The notes below the pieces were generated by a model. That model searched no databases. It was given only the letters and a program-made list of their open reading frames with translations, and was not told the DNA's origin. This document shows positions 1 to 14,960 of a stretch of DNA of 64,000 nt, in pieces. The stretch comes from the human T2T-CHM13v2.0 reference genome, Homo sapiens. The stretch lies in NCBI RefSeq assembly GCF_009914755.1, contig NC_060933.1. The stretch is one strand, 5' to 3'. Made by a program: the position numbers and the translations under genes. The number at the start of each line of letters is the position of its first letter. Within the stretch, counting starts at the first letter, position 1.

Positions 1-423
1 GTGCTCACTGGTCCGTTTTATGGAGTGCTGATTGGTCTGTTTTTACAGAGTGCTGATTTGTGCGTTTACAAACCTTTAGCTAGACACAGAGTGCTGATTG
101 GTGCATTTACAATCCTTTAGCTAGATAGAATAGTTCTCCAAGTCCCCTACCCAATTAGCTAGACACAGAGCACTGATTGGTGCATTTACAAACCTTTAGC
201 TAGACACAGAGCACTGACTGGTGAATTTACAATCCTTTAGCTAGACAGAAAACTTCTCCAAGTCCACTACCCAATTAGCTAGACACAGAGCACTGATTGG
301 TGCATTTGCAAACCTTTAGCTAGACAGAGAGCACTGACTGGTGCATTTACAATCCTTTAGCTAGCCAGAAAAGTTCTCCAAGTCCCCTACCCAACCCAGA
401 AGCCCAGCCAGCTTCACCTCTTA
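1..423 (-). mobile_element. LTR12-family (ERV9) LTR, 5' (U3) portion; continues left of the window
   Basis: Reverse complement starts TAAGAGGTGAAGCTGGCTGGGCTTCTGGG, matching the LTR12 5' end. Repeated GCTGATTGGTGCATTTACAA/CCTTTAGCTAGACACAGAG units carry CCAAT boxes, with a 120-bp higher-order period (61/181/301, 121/241/361). Confidence 0.9.
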
Positions 424-959
424 GTAGCACACTAAATAAACATGAGCCACATGAGTCTCCCAATATTCATGAGGATTTAAATAGGTCACTTATTGATGAT
501 GCCTCCTCTAGCCTCAATGTTCTTACCCAGTAACACAAGTTAAATTTGTAGCTGCTCATCACCTTAACTGGTGAACCATGACTGTGGTCAGTTGTACTTT
601 CCCCAAAGTCTCTCTAGCATAACTGTGTATGTAGCTGGCTCTAGACACCTTCCATCTGCTGAGTCCTGTTTTTCAAATCTCAAACAAACCATCAGCTGAA
701 AACTCTGATAAGGCAGAGAGATTGAGCTATAGGACATATAAATACAGTATAAGCTGAGATTCAGGTATTCTAAGTGTATTAATATACTCACCTCTTTCTT
801 TTTGTGTCTTTATTTTACACTTATTCCTTAAGCCATGTGTTTTTAGTACAACCTTAATTTAGTCTGTGGACATTTCTGTTTTTCTGACCTGGAAGGTGGC
901 TTTGCTGGTAGGGTATCTGGAGGCTATCATTACATCGAGGTAATTTCCTGCATGACATG

Positions 960-1500
960 TACCAGGCAATTAAATGGGAAAGAGAAAAGCCTTCTCAACA
1001 AATGATCCTGGAACAACTAGATAAACAAGTGGAATAAATAAACTTTACTGCCTAAGTCTACACTGTTCCCTAAAATGAATTTCAGATAGCTCATAGATGG
1101 AAATGTAAAAGATAAGCATATAAAGCTTCTAGAATGTAATGTGGGAAAATATCTTTGTGAACTTGTGGAAGGGAAAGCTTCTTAAAAAGGATAAAAATTT
1201 ACTAATCACAAAATAAAATAAGTTGAAATAATAAAAATTAAGTTTTGTTCATCAAAAGACACTCTTAAAAAATGAAAAGACAAGTTACAGATGGAAAGAA
1301 AAAGTTCAGGAAATATATCTGATAAAGGTATTACAGTAAGAATTTACAAAAATGTATACCAACCAAAAAACACATAACCCAACATAAAAATGGGCAGAAG
1401 ACTTGAACAGGCATTTCATAAAATAAGATATATAAATGAATGGACAATAACATCAAATATTGTTAGTCATTAGGGAAATGCAAATTAAAATTGCAATGAG
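960..1500 (+). mobile_element. Old L1M ORF2-3' relic
   Basis: Degenerate L1 motifs (aaatgggcagaagacttgaacaggcatttc; gtcattagggaaatgcaaattaaaa). Confidence 0.7.
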
Positions 1501-1803
1501 TTTTTTTTTTCTTTCTTTTAGAGATGGGGTCTCACTCTATTGCCTAGGCTAAAGTGCAGTGGTGTAATCTCAGCTCACTGCAACCTCTGCCTCTCAGGTT
1601 CAAGCAATTCTTGTGCCTCAGGCTTCTGAGAAGCTGAGACTACAGACATGCACTACCATGCCTGGCTATTTTTTCTATTTTTAGTAGAGATGGGGTTTTG
1701 CCATGTTGGTCAGGCTGGTCTTGAACTCCTGACCTCAAGCAATCCACCCACCTCAGCCTCCCAAAGTGTTGGGATTAACAGGTGTGAGCCACTGTGTCTG
1801 GCA
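1501..1803 (-). mobile_element. Alu (J/S)
   Basis: Full dimer with poly-T at left; CAATGAG on both flanks as TSD. Confidence 0.95.
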
Positions 1804-2019
1804 CAATGAGATGTTAATATATTTCAAACTCATAGAAAGGCAAAAATTAAATTTAATTTCAAAGTTTAATTTAATAAAATTAAAATAAATATAAAAGAGG
1901 CTACTTTTATGTGCTACTTGGATACAGACCTGACAAAGAAGAAACTGCATAAAAAATGTCAGGCAGATCAGGCAGGAAAATACTATGGGTGATTTCTAGG
2001 ACTGTTACAAGAGAACTTT

Positions 2020-2613
2020 ATTTTATCTTTTATTTATTTAATTTTTTTATTTTTATAGGTACACAGTATGTGTATATATTTATGGGGTACATGAGATACT
2101 TTGATAAAGGCATACAATGCTCAATAATCACAATTGGGTAAATGGGGTATCTGTCACCTCAAGCATTTATCCTTTCTTTGTGTTATAAACATTCCAGTTA
2201 TACTCCTTTAGTTATTTTAAAATATACCCAACAAAATTATAATTGACTGTAGTCACCATATTGTGCTATCAAATACTAGATCTTACTCATTCTATTCATT
2301 CTAACTATATTTTTGTACTCTTTAACCCTGCCCACTCTCGCCTTCCCTGACTACCCTTCCCAGCCTCTGATAGTCATCATTCTACCATCTATCACCATGA
2401 GTTCAGTTGTTTGGATTTTTAGCCTGCATTCATGAGTGAGAACATGTGAAGTTTGTTTTTCCTACAAATGGGTGAGAATATAAGAAGAAAGGACAAAGTG
2501 CCTTATTTCACTTAAGAAAATGTGGTACACATGCACAATGGAGTATGATTCAGTCATAACAAAGAATGAGATCCTGTCATTTGCAACAACATGTATGGAA
2601 CTGGAGGACAGTT
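2020..2613 (-). mobile_element. 5'-truncated L1MA 3' end with inverted 5' segment (twin-priming structure)
   Basis: Poly-T and 3'UTR on minus (2020-~2460), then plus-strand L1 (aagaaaatgtggtacac...gagatcctgtcatttgcaacaacatg). TSD tgttacaaga(g/a)aacttt at 2003-2019 and 2614-2630. Confidence 0.8.
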
Positions 2614-4827
2614 TGTTACAAGAAAACTTTTAAGAGAAACTTATGTGGCCCCAGAAAAAGTGTGTATGTGGTATTAGGAGAGACAAATATACTAATTGAA
2701 AGGAAATTTCTTAATGCTATATTCTCTTAGATATATATCCTGTGCACAATCTGAAAACATACTAGTAAGTTTCTCTTGAATAAACAATCTTATTAGGAAG
2801 GCAAAATTATTTTAGGAAGGAATAAGGATGAGAAAAAGGATAGGGAGAAGGTACAAATTATAGTGTGTCTGGGCCCAAAAGGGGACCATGACTACTTTAC
2901 ATGTCAGTACAATATTTTTTAACTTGTCTGCCTTTGCTTGAGGGATACTTGAATGTCCCCCTTCCCCACTTTCCCAACCTTGGGGTGAATGCCCAATCTT
3001 AGCAGCCTTGGGAAGAAGTCTGGATGATTTAATCAAACACATTTACTTATGCTTCATTAACTTTGGAAGATGAGCTGAGAGAATAGTAAAGTGTGGAGAT
3101 TTGCATACTAATGAATTCACTTCAGGTGATGCCATAGATATTTATGATGGAAGAACATAAAAAAAAGGAAATGCTTCTGATCTTTTGGTGGGCAGAATGT
3201 TATATAATGAACCTCTCAAATATGTCAACATTTACCGTAAGCTTCATCCATAGAAGGATTGTGAGCAAAAGAGACTAAAAAGAAAAAAGAAGGAGGAGAA
3301 GACAGATATACATTTGGAAAGATATCTTATGTAATTACTTTTTGATAAAAATAAGTACAGTATAGTGATTGAGATACAAAGGATATAAAAATTCTTGCCT
3401 ATGTTGGAAAGAAACCCTATCTGTCTATAGTTTTTAAGAGCTCCTAGTGGGCATGAGTTGGAGGTCTTTGTTACTTAGAGAGGCTGAGAGGAAAAGAGGA
3501 GAGAATCCAGGAGGATCCAAGTCTTCTATCTTTACTTCAACCAGAGATGCTGCGCTTTTATCTATTTTCTCTCATTGTACTTGCGTGTAAAATTGTGTTT
3601 GAAGATAGTTTCCATGGCAAAACATCATTTTTTTAAGAAGCTACCTTCTTACACCCTTGCTGTCAAAGTAGGTTGTAAATTTACTGTGAGCAGAGAGAAC
3701 TTCTCTACTCTTGAGAAGTGATTAGTATCTTGCTTTCACATGGGAGGCAAGTAAATACATAAGTAAAAATAATACATAATGGGCAAACATCATCAACAGA
3801 TGAGTAACCAAAGAACAAATATAGTTAGTTAATTTATGAAAACATCTTTAACTTTCATCAACAGAGAAATGCAAATTAAAACAAAATACTATTTTTTCCT
3901 GTACCAAATTATCTGAGATTCTGAATAAAGGAGGTTTTAAAATGTTAATGCCATGAAATACAATACATATAGTGTAATTTATGCAATGTACTCTTAAACA
4001 TTTCAGAAAAAAATTATATCTATATTCACAGAGAGAGAAAAAGAGATAAAGTGAAGGCAAATGTAATAAAATGCTAACATTCAGGGAATCGGGTGAAGGG
4101 TATTGGGGGAATTCTTTGTGTTATTCTTGTTTCTTTCATGTTACTCTTACATTACGTCAATAAATACATTCTCCAAAAATAAGAAAAAGATAATATGGCA
4201 TTAGAGATATATATAGTTAAGAAAATGATTAAAGTCAATGAGTAAGTACTAAGAAAAAAATACAAAATGTTGACTATCAGTGAGGATGCCATGAAAGAGT
4301 CAATGTTACATACTGCTAGTAGAAGTAGAAGTTGGGACAACCCTTTGCAAAATATTTGATGATGTATATTTAAATTCTTTGACAATGTTCATTTCATTTT
4401 ATTTGATTCATTTCATTTATTTCATATTCATTTCATTTATCTGGAAATCTCCTAAGGAAATAACATAAAATAGCTTCCTGTACAAAACATGTCAAATCTA
4501 GTATTATTTATAAAGCTGAAATATGTAAGGAACCTCATTGTCTTTCAGTAATCAGATGATTATATCTATTATGGTAGAGCCTTATGATTGGGTATTATAT
4601 AATACTAAATATAATGATGAAGATGGTAGCTACCATATGCTGACATATAGTTACTGTGTATCATGAGCTATACTATGTCCTTTTCAAGCCTATCTCATGT
4701 AGTTCTTGTAACAGTCTTCAAATTGACATTCATTAACAGTTTATTTTATTATGAAAAACATTGCAGGGTGTTAAATGTAACATTTTAGGCAATAGTTATG
4801 TGCTAATTTGATACTAAAATATAATAA

Positions 4828-5169
<342 letters not shown>

Positions 5170-5299
5170 TGAAATACCATAAAGTTAAAAACATTTTTGT
5201 AAGTATCAGCAGATTAATTAAGAAATGTGTAGTTGGTGTTTATATTTAATCCTAATTGATTTCTGAAGACAAAAAATTAATATATTTTTATAACAACAG

Positions 5300-6100
5300 C
5301 AACGTACATTATAATAATTGGTCTGAGAATATTTGATGCCTAGATAAGCTTAAATAGTAGATTTTCTCTGTTTTTATCTGCACTGTACTATAATCAAAAT
5401 AAACATATAATTTGAAAGACTTGTTTCTGATAAAACAAAAACAAAGTAAATGTAAATTATGGTATAGTATAAATGTAGTAGAAAAATGTGGTATAAAAAA
5501 GATGGTGTTCCCAGAATTTTAAAGAATATACATTTTTAGATGTAAAAGTTAGTAAATTACATTTTAAAAGAAATTTTAACTTAAAAAACCTACAGTTGTT
5601 ATAGATACATTAAATACATTACATGAGAACTGGAATTTCTCAATGGGATAATGATATTGGCTATTACAATAATGCAAATGTTGAGTGAAATATCTTCCGA
5701 TTTGAAATCAAGACTAAGTATCATAATGAACATAACACAGAAATGAAAATATCTTTTCCAAAAAATATTTACATTAAAATTAAGTCCACAAGTATAATAC
5801 ATTTTCTAATTCTTTGTAGCCAAGAATCATGGATAGATTCAGAAAATAGTTTTAAATATTTTATAGAGCTACTAGGTATTTTATATCTTCTGCACAAATT
5901 CTAAGTAGATTTAGGCTAATTTTTATTACATACCATAAAGTTAAAAACAAAAGGTAAAGAATGTAACCAACTGATGTCAATAAATAGAAAACCTAGCATG
6001 GATGTTCATAAAGTTGTACTGTTGAAATTATCTATCCCAGCATCTTCATTGTCTGCATGAAAATTTGAGATCCTAAAAGATTAATGTTTTACAGTGCACC
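5300..6100 (-). mobile_element. Possible ancient hAT-type DNA transposase relic
   Basis: Minus-strand translation 'FWKRYFHF...FKSEDISLNICIIVIANIIIPLRNSS', followed by 'ADKNRENLL', loosely resembles the hAT C-terminal dimerisation region. Weak similarity judged by eye. Confidence 0.3.
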
Positions 6101-6474
6101 CCTTTTACTACAAAGGGGTGTCTCCATGAACAGTCAAAATCTTTATCAAAGGTACATCGTTAACATTGTATCTATTACCCAGATTCTCTTTCCTAAGAGA
6201 AAATAGTGGATGGTTAGGAGAAAAGGATATGGTATCCATACTTCCTAGTTTTTATGTGACACTTCTTTTTATACCTATTATCTTGGTGTAGTTATTAACA
6301 GCTCTCTCTTTCATACTCAAATCTATCACTCTTGGTTTGGACACCCTAAGTTATTGGGTGTATTGAGTTTTTAATTTGGTTAAACTATGCTGATGGGGTA
6401 AAGTGAAGCAGAAATGGGAAAAGGTGGAGTGGCTGTTTTCTTTTGCTTACATTCTTCCAGCTAGTCCAAGAAAT

Positions 6475-6628
6475 TTTTTACAGACAGGGTCTCATTGGGT
6501 CACCCAGGCTGGAGAGCTGTGGCAGGTCCTCACTGCAGGAGCTCACTGCAGCCTCCAACTCCTGGTCTCAAGCAATCCTCTTGCTTCAGCCTCCACAGCT
6601 GAGGATTACAGGTGTGTGCCTCTGCAGT
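6475..6628 (-). mobile_element. Alu monomer (FLAM/FRAM-like)
   Basis: acagggtctc...cacccaggctgga...ctcaagcaatcctc...gattacagg. Confidence 0.8.
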
Positions 6629-6774
6629 GAGCTCCAAGAGATATTTGGAAAGAGAATGATTGAACGGCTTTCCCAGGATTGCATAAAGTTAGAAGCCCAA
6701 TGTTTTATCACATTAATTTTTATTTCAATTGAACAATTGTGTATTATACTGCATAATTGACAGACTTGGGTTAA

Positions 6775-6951
6775 GTCTCATTCCATTGCTCAGGTTGGAG
6801 TGCAGTGCAGTGGCACTATCATGGCTCAAGCAATCCTCTTACCTCAGCCTCTTAAGTAGCTGGGACTACAGGCGAGCACCACTGTGCCTGGCTAATTAAA
6901 AGAAAAAAATTTTTTTTTTGTAGCAACAAGGTCTCACCATGTTTCCTAGGA
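6775..6951 (-). mobile_element. AluJ fragment, doubly truncated
   Basis: Right arm, A-rich linker and start of the left arm; flanked by TTGGGTTAA at 6766-6774 and 6952-6960. Confidence 0.8.
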
Positions 6952-9942
6952 TTGGGTTAATCTTGTTGTAAGCCAGTGTTTGGCTTTCCTGCTCAAGAAC
7001 ACTAATAATTGGACACGTACTTATTCTGAGAATGTTAATATATTTTAGTCTTTGCTTCTATCTTCTTTCCATTATAAGCTATGAACTTAGAAGATCTGGT
7101 CAGGCATTGAGGAAAAAAGAAGAAAAAAAATCAAGAAATGACTTTCTACTGGGAAGCAATAATTTAAATTACTGTGTTTAAGTTACTGTTTAGAAGGGGA
7201 GGTACAAATAAATTGGCACATGCAAATTATATGCAAACACATTTGGTCTTCTCAATTTAAGGTCCCATAATTTGAATTAAAATGTTCTTTTAAAGACGAT
7301 TGTGTAGTCCTAATGTTCTGTAACAGCAAACCAAAATTTGGATTCTGTAAGGAGAAACTTAGCGTTATAAACAAAATTCCATACTTGGGATTTTGCTAAA
7401 GTTTGCACTAAACAAGTTGCATCTTATGTAGTTGATATGTGAAATGTTTGTGTTTTGATGATAAACTCAATGCGATTTTTGGTGTTAAAATTGGTGTTTC
7501 ATGGTGGTCATAGTAATGAGTCATAGTTTCTGAGTAGACTTAACTTTTACTTTCATTTTGGCAAACAAATGGTTATAGATTTACAGTTATGTGAATAGAT
7601 TGTTCTCATGCTAAGTGCAAAGGGAGTAATACTTGAAGAAAATCTTTGCCTAATTTATATATGTAATATTTTATACATATCTAATATATATAAAAAACCC
7701 ATCAAGGCTGGATGAATATCAAAAAATTCTTCTGACTTACACTTTGTTAAAATATACATAAATTTATCAGCAGCTTCCATATTCTTCCTCTACCCCTTCA
7801 ATAAAAGGGGCATTGAAGGGATTATATTAAACTGGCTTCTGTTTCCTAAAGAGAAAGGTATATTGTAAAGAAATGAAATTGGTTGTTGTTCATTTCTCTA
7901 TTGAGAAAAGTAACTTGAGGCCACAACTGAAGTGAATTAATGCTGTTATTATTGTGGAGCTTGCATTACTTCTTATTGCTAAGTCTGAGTGAGGAAAGTG
8001 GGAAGCAATGCCTTTCACAAAAGCATAAAAGTAAAATGTGACTATATGTAAAAAAAAGAATAGGCTGAGGGGCAAACCAAAAAAAAAATCACAAAGATTC
8101 ATTCATTTATATGACTTACTAAGCTGACAATTTGTAATGGGTATTGGCATTAGTATGTGCAATTACTTCTTTACTTCCACCAAACTGAAACTATTCCCCC
8201 CACAGGAAGGTTTAGAGGAAGGTGTTTCAGGGTGGGGGAGTGGAAGTGGTGAAAAAAAGACAAAAGAGCTTATCCTGAATCTATTAGCTCTAATGAACAG
8301 GTACTAAGAAGCAGACACTGCCACATAACATAAATTACAATCTAAATGAGATATCCATATTTACATAAGCAGTTCCTTAGGCGCTCTAAGCTAAGTTCAT
8401 GGGAAGAAAGTTTTCCAAATGCCATTCATACCACCAGGGATAATTGCAGCACTAGAAAGAAGCATCCATGCCATTGCTGGGGAAACAGAGAATGGGGTTT
8501 TAATTTTCAGTTTGACTTACATGCTGTTGTCATATCATGGAGACTACAGTTGCAGTTTTACAGCATGGTTTTTCTTGGCTTATTTTAGAATCACAGAAAG
8601 AGTAAGCTTGCAAATCTTTTAATAAGGCAATTACATTCAGACAAAGATTAGATCTCAGTGGCACAATAGATTTTTGCTATATTATTCAGTATCTTTTTGA
8701 TATTCCACTGTCACTAGACAAAGCTGTGAATAGTAATGTGACAAGTCTATTCAGAAGACAACAATGAGGGTTTCCTTAATTGTGTTCACTTGCATGCCAC
8801 ACAAACCCTCACTTAATTTTTTTTTGCCTGTTTTGAAAAAGCAGAAAGAAAATACCATTTAGGTCACAAAAAACACTGTTGAATCTATCTTTGAAATCTG
8901 CATTTTGTATTTGTAAGATTAAAATGTTGAGATAGTCAATCATTTAATTTTTTATTTGGTAAAAATATCTAATGATTCAAAATGTCAGTCTTAATATAGA
9001 AATGAATTACTTGGTATAAAAAGAACAAAAATCCATAAGAATCTAAAGACTTGTTTCAAAATAAGTGCTTTGGATGATGTGGGATGTGAAAATGGAAAAT
9101 CCATGTGTTAGTTTCTAATGGTTGCTAATGAAGAGAAACTTAAAATGAATGTAATTATTTTATTTATTTTCTTAAAGGCTTGTCCTTCCCCCTCACAACT
9201 TAAAATTCCATAAAATATATTACTATAGAAATATAAGCTATATGGTTATGTTTAGAAAATGCAATTTTACATTAATGTATCAGTTTGTGAGAAGGAAATC
9301 ATGTTTATATGAGCTAGCATTTTGTTAATTTTATAAATTATTATTCATATATTTATTTTAAAAAATTGGATATAATGGCACCTATTTTAATTTTCCCAAG
9401 TTGAAATTCATTAGCTAAAACTTCATTTAACTTACAGTTCATTGTTTGAAACTAATGAGTTTATAGAGGTAATTATCCTTAAATGCTAACTCAAGCAGGA
9501 CAAATGGAGACTGATCTAATGAAGAAAGAATTGAGTTCTAATCTTGATCCTACAAGTAAATTTTACATCTTGGTTTCATTTAATCTTTTTGTATCTATTT
9601 CCTCAAGAGTAAAACAGGGGAAATGTCTGATGTGAGGATAGAATAGAAAACTAATAAGAAAATTCCTGCATATATAAAAGCGCTACACTAAGGTCCTATA
9701 ATATTAGGATAGATATAGAAGATCCTGGAAGGTCCTATATTCACAAATTTGGGAGATTCACCTACTGAATCATGGAAATAAATAAGAAGGAGAATAAGAT
9801 TGTACACCAATGGTTACTCTCAAAGAGACAGAAATAAAAAAATGACTCTAAAATTTTCTAATGTCTTAGAAAATAATTGTTAAATTATATGATGAAATAG
9901 AACTTAATTATTCTGAGCAGCATTTACCATTTTTAAACACTT

Positions 9943-11359
<1,417 letters not shown>

Positions 11360-11776
11360 TAGCAGAAGTGATCAATAAAACTTTCTGCTCACTGAAAAGC
11401 ACTGCAAGGCATTTTGGTGTTTTTGCATAAAAACTAAAGAGAATACTTAGAGCAAATGTAATAAGTAAGATATGAATTAACTTTTTCTAATTAATTGAGA
11501 TGTTTGCACAAACACTAATTGCAATGATTAGATGTCTTGAGAACTATATACCTTGATATTGCTACAGAAATCTGCCCTTCTATGTGCTTACCAACAGTTT
11601 ATCATTTTAATGAGCTTGTCCAATAGAGCTCAGATCACAATATAGACTTACATTTGGTGCTTCCAAAAATTATTAAGAAAATAAAAACAATACTTTATGA
11701 TTGTTAATTATGTGGGCAAATTAATATTCACAATCCTGCAAATCCAAATATTGAGTTTTTAAAAAGTGTTTCCCTA

Positions 11777-12210
11777 TTCACAATAGCAAAGACTTGGAAC
11801 CAACCCAAATGTCCAACAATGATAGACTGGATTAAGAAAATGTGGCACATATACACCATGGAATACTATGCAGCCATAAAAAATGATGAGTTCATGTCCT
11901 TTGTAGGGACATGGATGAAATTGGAAATCATCATTCTCAGTAAACTATCGCAAGAACAAAAAACCAAACACCGCATATTCTCACTTATAGGTGGGAATTG
12001 AACAATGAGATCACATGGACACAGGAAGGGGAATATCACACTCTGGGGACTGTTGTGGGGTGGGGGCAGGGGGGAGGGATAGCATCGGGAGAGATACCTA
12101 ATGCTAGATGACGAGTTAGTGGGTGCAGCACACCAGCATGGCACATGTATACATATGTAACTAACCTGCACAATGTGCACGTGTACCCTAAAACTTAAAA
12201 AAAAAAAAAA
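11777..12210 (+). mobile_element. Young L1PA (L1PA2-like) 3' end, 5'-truncated
   Basis: ORF2 C-terminus (..HRIFSLIGGN), 3'UTR with GAG diagnostic (gatgacgagttagt), poly(A). TSD AAAAAGTGTTTCCCTA at 11761-11776 and 12211-12226, at a TTTT/AAAA site. Confidence 0.95.
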
Positions 12211-13989
12211 AAAAAGTGTTTCCCTAATGTAATTCAGGTCATCCAAAACAGTCCCTCACAAGATCTAAGTTTATCTTGCTGGTGTTCTTAATACAGATTT
12301 GTCATGGACATTAAAATCCCACACAAAATGTTTGATACTTACTATGGAAAATCTTAAATGTGATTTTTCAGCATTATATTCTACCTCTACAGATTCTAAT
12401 GAATGAATAAATTCTTTATTGACTTTGGCTCAAGTGGCAAGGCTATGTGACTCAGGGAATAACCAAGTGTTGGCAGAACAAAAGTGAAAAATCAATAGCA
12501 ATTGATTATTTAAACTCGGAATTTCAGGGTACTCAGGCAGGATTTATTCTAAGCCAAGCCCCAGTAGGAACACTCTTTGAATCTATCTGATTTGTAAACT
12601 GTCTCCAATACTTTTTCCTATATAGTTAATTTGCAATCAGAATTGCTGTTTTAAACTAGGGCATCTAATGTATTGGTGAATGTTATATAGTTCCTGTAAT
12701 TTATTTATTTTTGTTCATATATGTGTCAGTGTCTACCTATGTCCCATTACTTTTTTTCCTTTTGACTTCTGACCCTTCTCTTGAGATGTTTCTTCTTTAT
12801 ATTATTTTATTTCAGAAACTGCTAGAATTCCTTCAGGACTCCAGTACCCCTGTGGTGTTGTCATATCGAATTGTCAGGGCGGGGGTGGGGGGTGTTACCC
12901 ATCTGATCTCAGCCAAATCAGGATGGGACATCATTCAACTGAAAGCCAAGAGGGACACAATTGGAAAGCAGTGCACCATGCTTTTTGTATATTGCACCTG
13001 TCTCTTGGGTGGCATGCTAAAAGTAGCAGCACTTTCAGAAAGAGAAAAGCTGGCAGATGTTGGCGGTGATTAAAGGGATGATTAAAAACTGGCACACTCT
13101 CTCCATGAAAGTGTGTCTGTGTTTATTCAACTACACTTAGAACTTGGCAGGTCTTGGAGATCTGGCCAGACTGGCAAAGCTCTGGCAGGACCACTGTTAC
13201 TCATAGTTTCTTCTTCCAAGATACAAGGATCAGATACTAAGCAATTAAATTTACCAAAATAATATATAATGTCATAAATATAATTTTTGTATGAACTAAG
13301 TAGTATATAAGGAAGTTACTTTCACAATATGGTTATTGAATATTACAAACACTAATACTTAGAGATGTAGAATTCTATGATACCATTAATTCATAGGTTT
13401 GTAAATATTTGGGTGTTTGCATGGAAACAATTTTTGTGTATAAAATAATTTAAAATTGAAAATGCATAAGTAAAATATTTGGCTTCTTACAATCATGATT
13501 ACACTTTTTTTCTAGGAGAATCTGCCGTTAATATAGCCATTATAGAGATTTTCAACACAATTATCCATGAGACACTTTGTTAAGGCAAATGAGAAACAAG
13601 ATATGTACTGACCGTTCTGAAAACATAAAATGAAACGGCTTACAAAAGTTTGCAAGAATGATTCATCAATAGATAGTTTTGGGTTTTCAATTATTATTGG
13701 GAGTATAAAGGCACATAAAGTATAAGCAAATTCTTTATGTGAACTTGTGAATTACTAATAGTAAATTAGAAGTTGATGAGTCACTTTACAAATATCTAAT
13801 TGGGGAGAAATAATATATTATTGCCACATACATGATTGCCAGTGAAAAATATAGACTAATATTATTATTGAATGCAAAGGGATCTTTGAATTCAACCTTT
13901 CTTCCAATTTTTGAATTCTTTATCCAACATCCTTGATAAATAGTCATTTAATATTTTTGCTGTCAGCTATGTTTTTTTTTTTTTTGCCA

Positions 13990-14375
13990 CCTCCAGCCAT
14001 GAAACCCATTGGATTTCTCTATTGCCAACACATTTCTATGCCTTTGGCCTACTGTTTCTCCTGTCTGGACTTCTTTCCTCCCCTGCAATTTCCAAAATAT
14101 TATTTGCCTGGCAATATGAAATGCTTCCTTCTCCGTGAAGAGGCTTTCCCAGTTCTGTCAAGGTAGCTAAAAACATCTTTTGTTCTCTACTGTTGTTATG
14201 GCATTTGCCATACTATATTGCTATTATAATGTACACACACATAAAAATATTTGTAACTCTCACTTTAAAATGCTTGTGGTCAGCAATGGTAAAATTCATT
14301 TGTATATTTTTGGAACTTAGCTTATAGTCCCCTCCCAATAAGTATTTTTTTGACTACACGTGTGAATTAATGAAT
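13990..14375 (+). mobile_element. L2 3' relic
   Basis: Degenerate L2 motifs ending ccaataagtattttt...gaattaatgaat. Confidence 0.5.
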
Positions 14376-14960
14376 AATTTTAATTGGACCAGAAAGAACA
14401 GTCACAAAATTACATAAGCAAGAATTAAAATAAAATACTTGAGCTCATAAGATTTAGAAAAGGTACTGACATAGATGAGCTATTGCTGAAACAACCAGTA
14501 TTATCTCATTTTCATTTTTTAAAAGAGCTATATTAACCAATGATGGCCCCAGGTAACTGAGTGAAGTGAGCCTAGAGACAAGTATAATGAAGAGTTTTCA
14601 CATTGCTGAGAAGAATCAAAAGTGGACAAGAAACAAATGTTGATGTCCTGTAGCATGCTGTTGAAATTCATGTCTTTTGTCATGCTGGTACCCTCTCAGC
14701 AAATGATAAAATCCTCAAAATGATAAAACTTGGATTTCTGGCAAGCACCCATTGTTTGCCATTATTGTCCATCTTGATAATAGAAATAAAGCTGTAAGAT
14801 TTCGCTGAAATCAGTATATTATTACTTTTTCCAACGTAGCTATAAGTGGAACGAAGGTTAATACATTTGCTAAGTTTCTTTCATTGTGAAGTTATTAGAG
14901 TATGTTCATTTTGTAACTGTTGTTTTATAACAAAACAAACACATAGGAACACATACAAAG

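Noticed and set aside
12711-13073. 120-aa ORF in unique sequence
   Set aside because: Non-ATG start, low-complexity N-terminus from a pyrimidine tract, and no recognisable domain.
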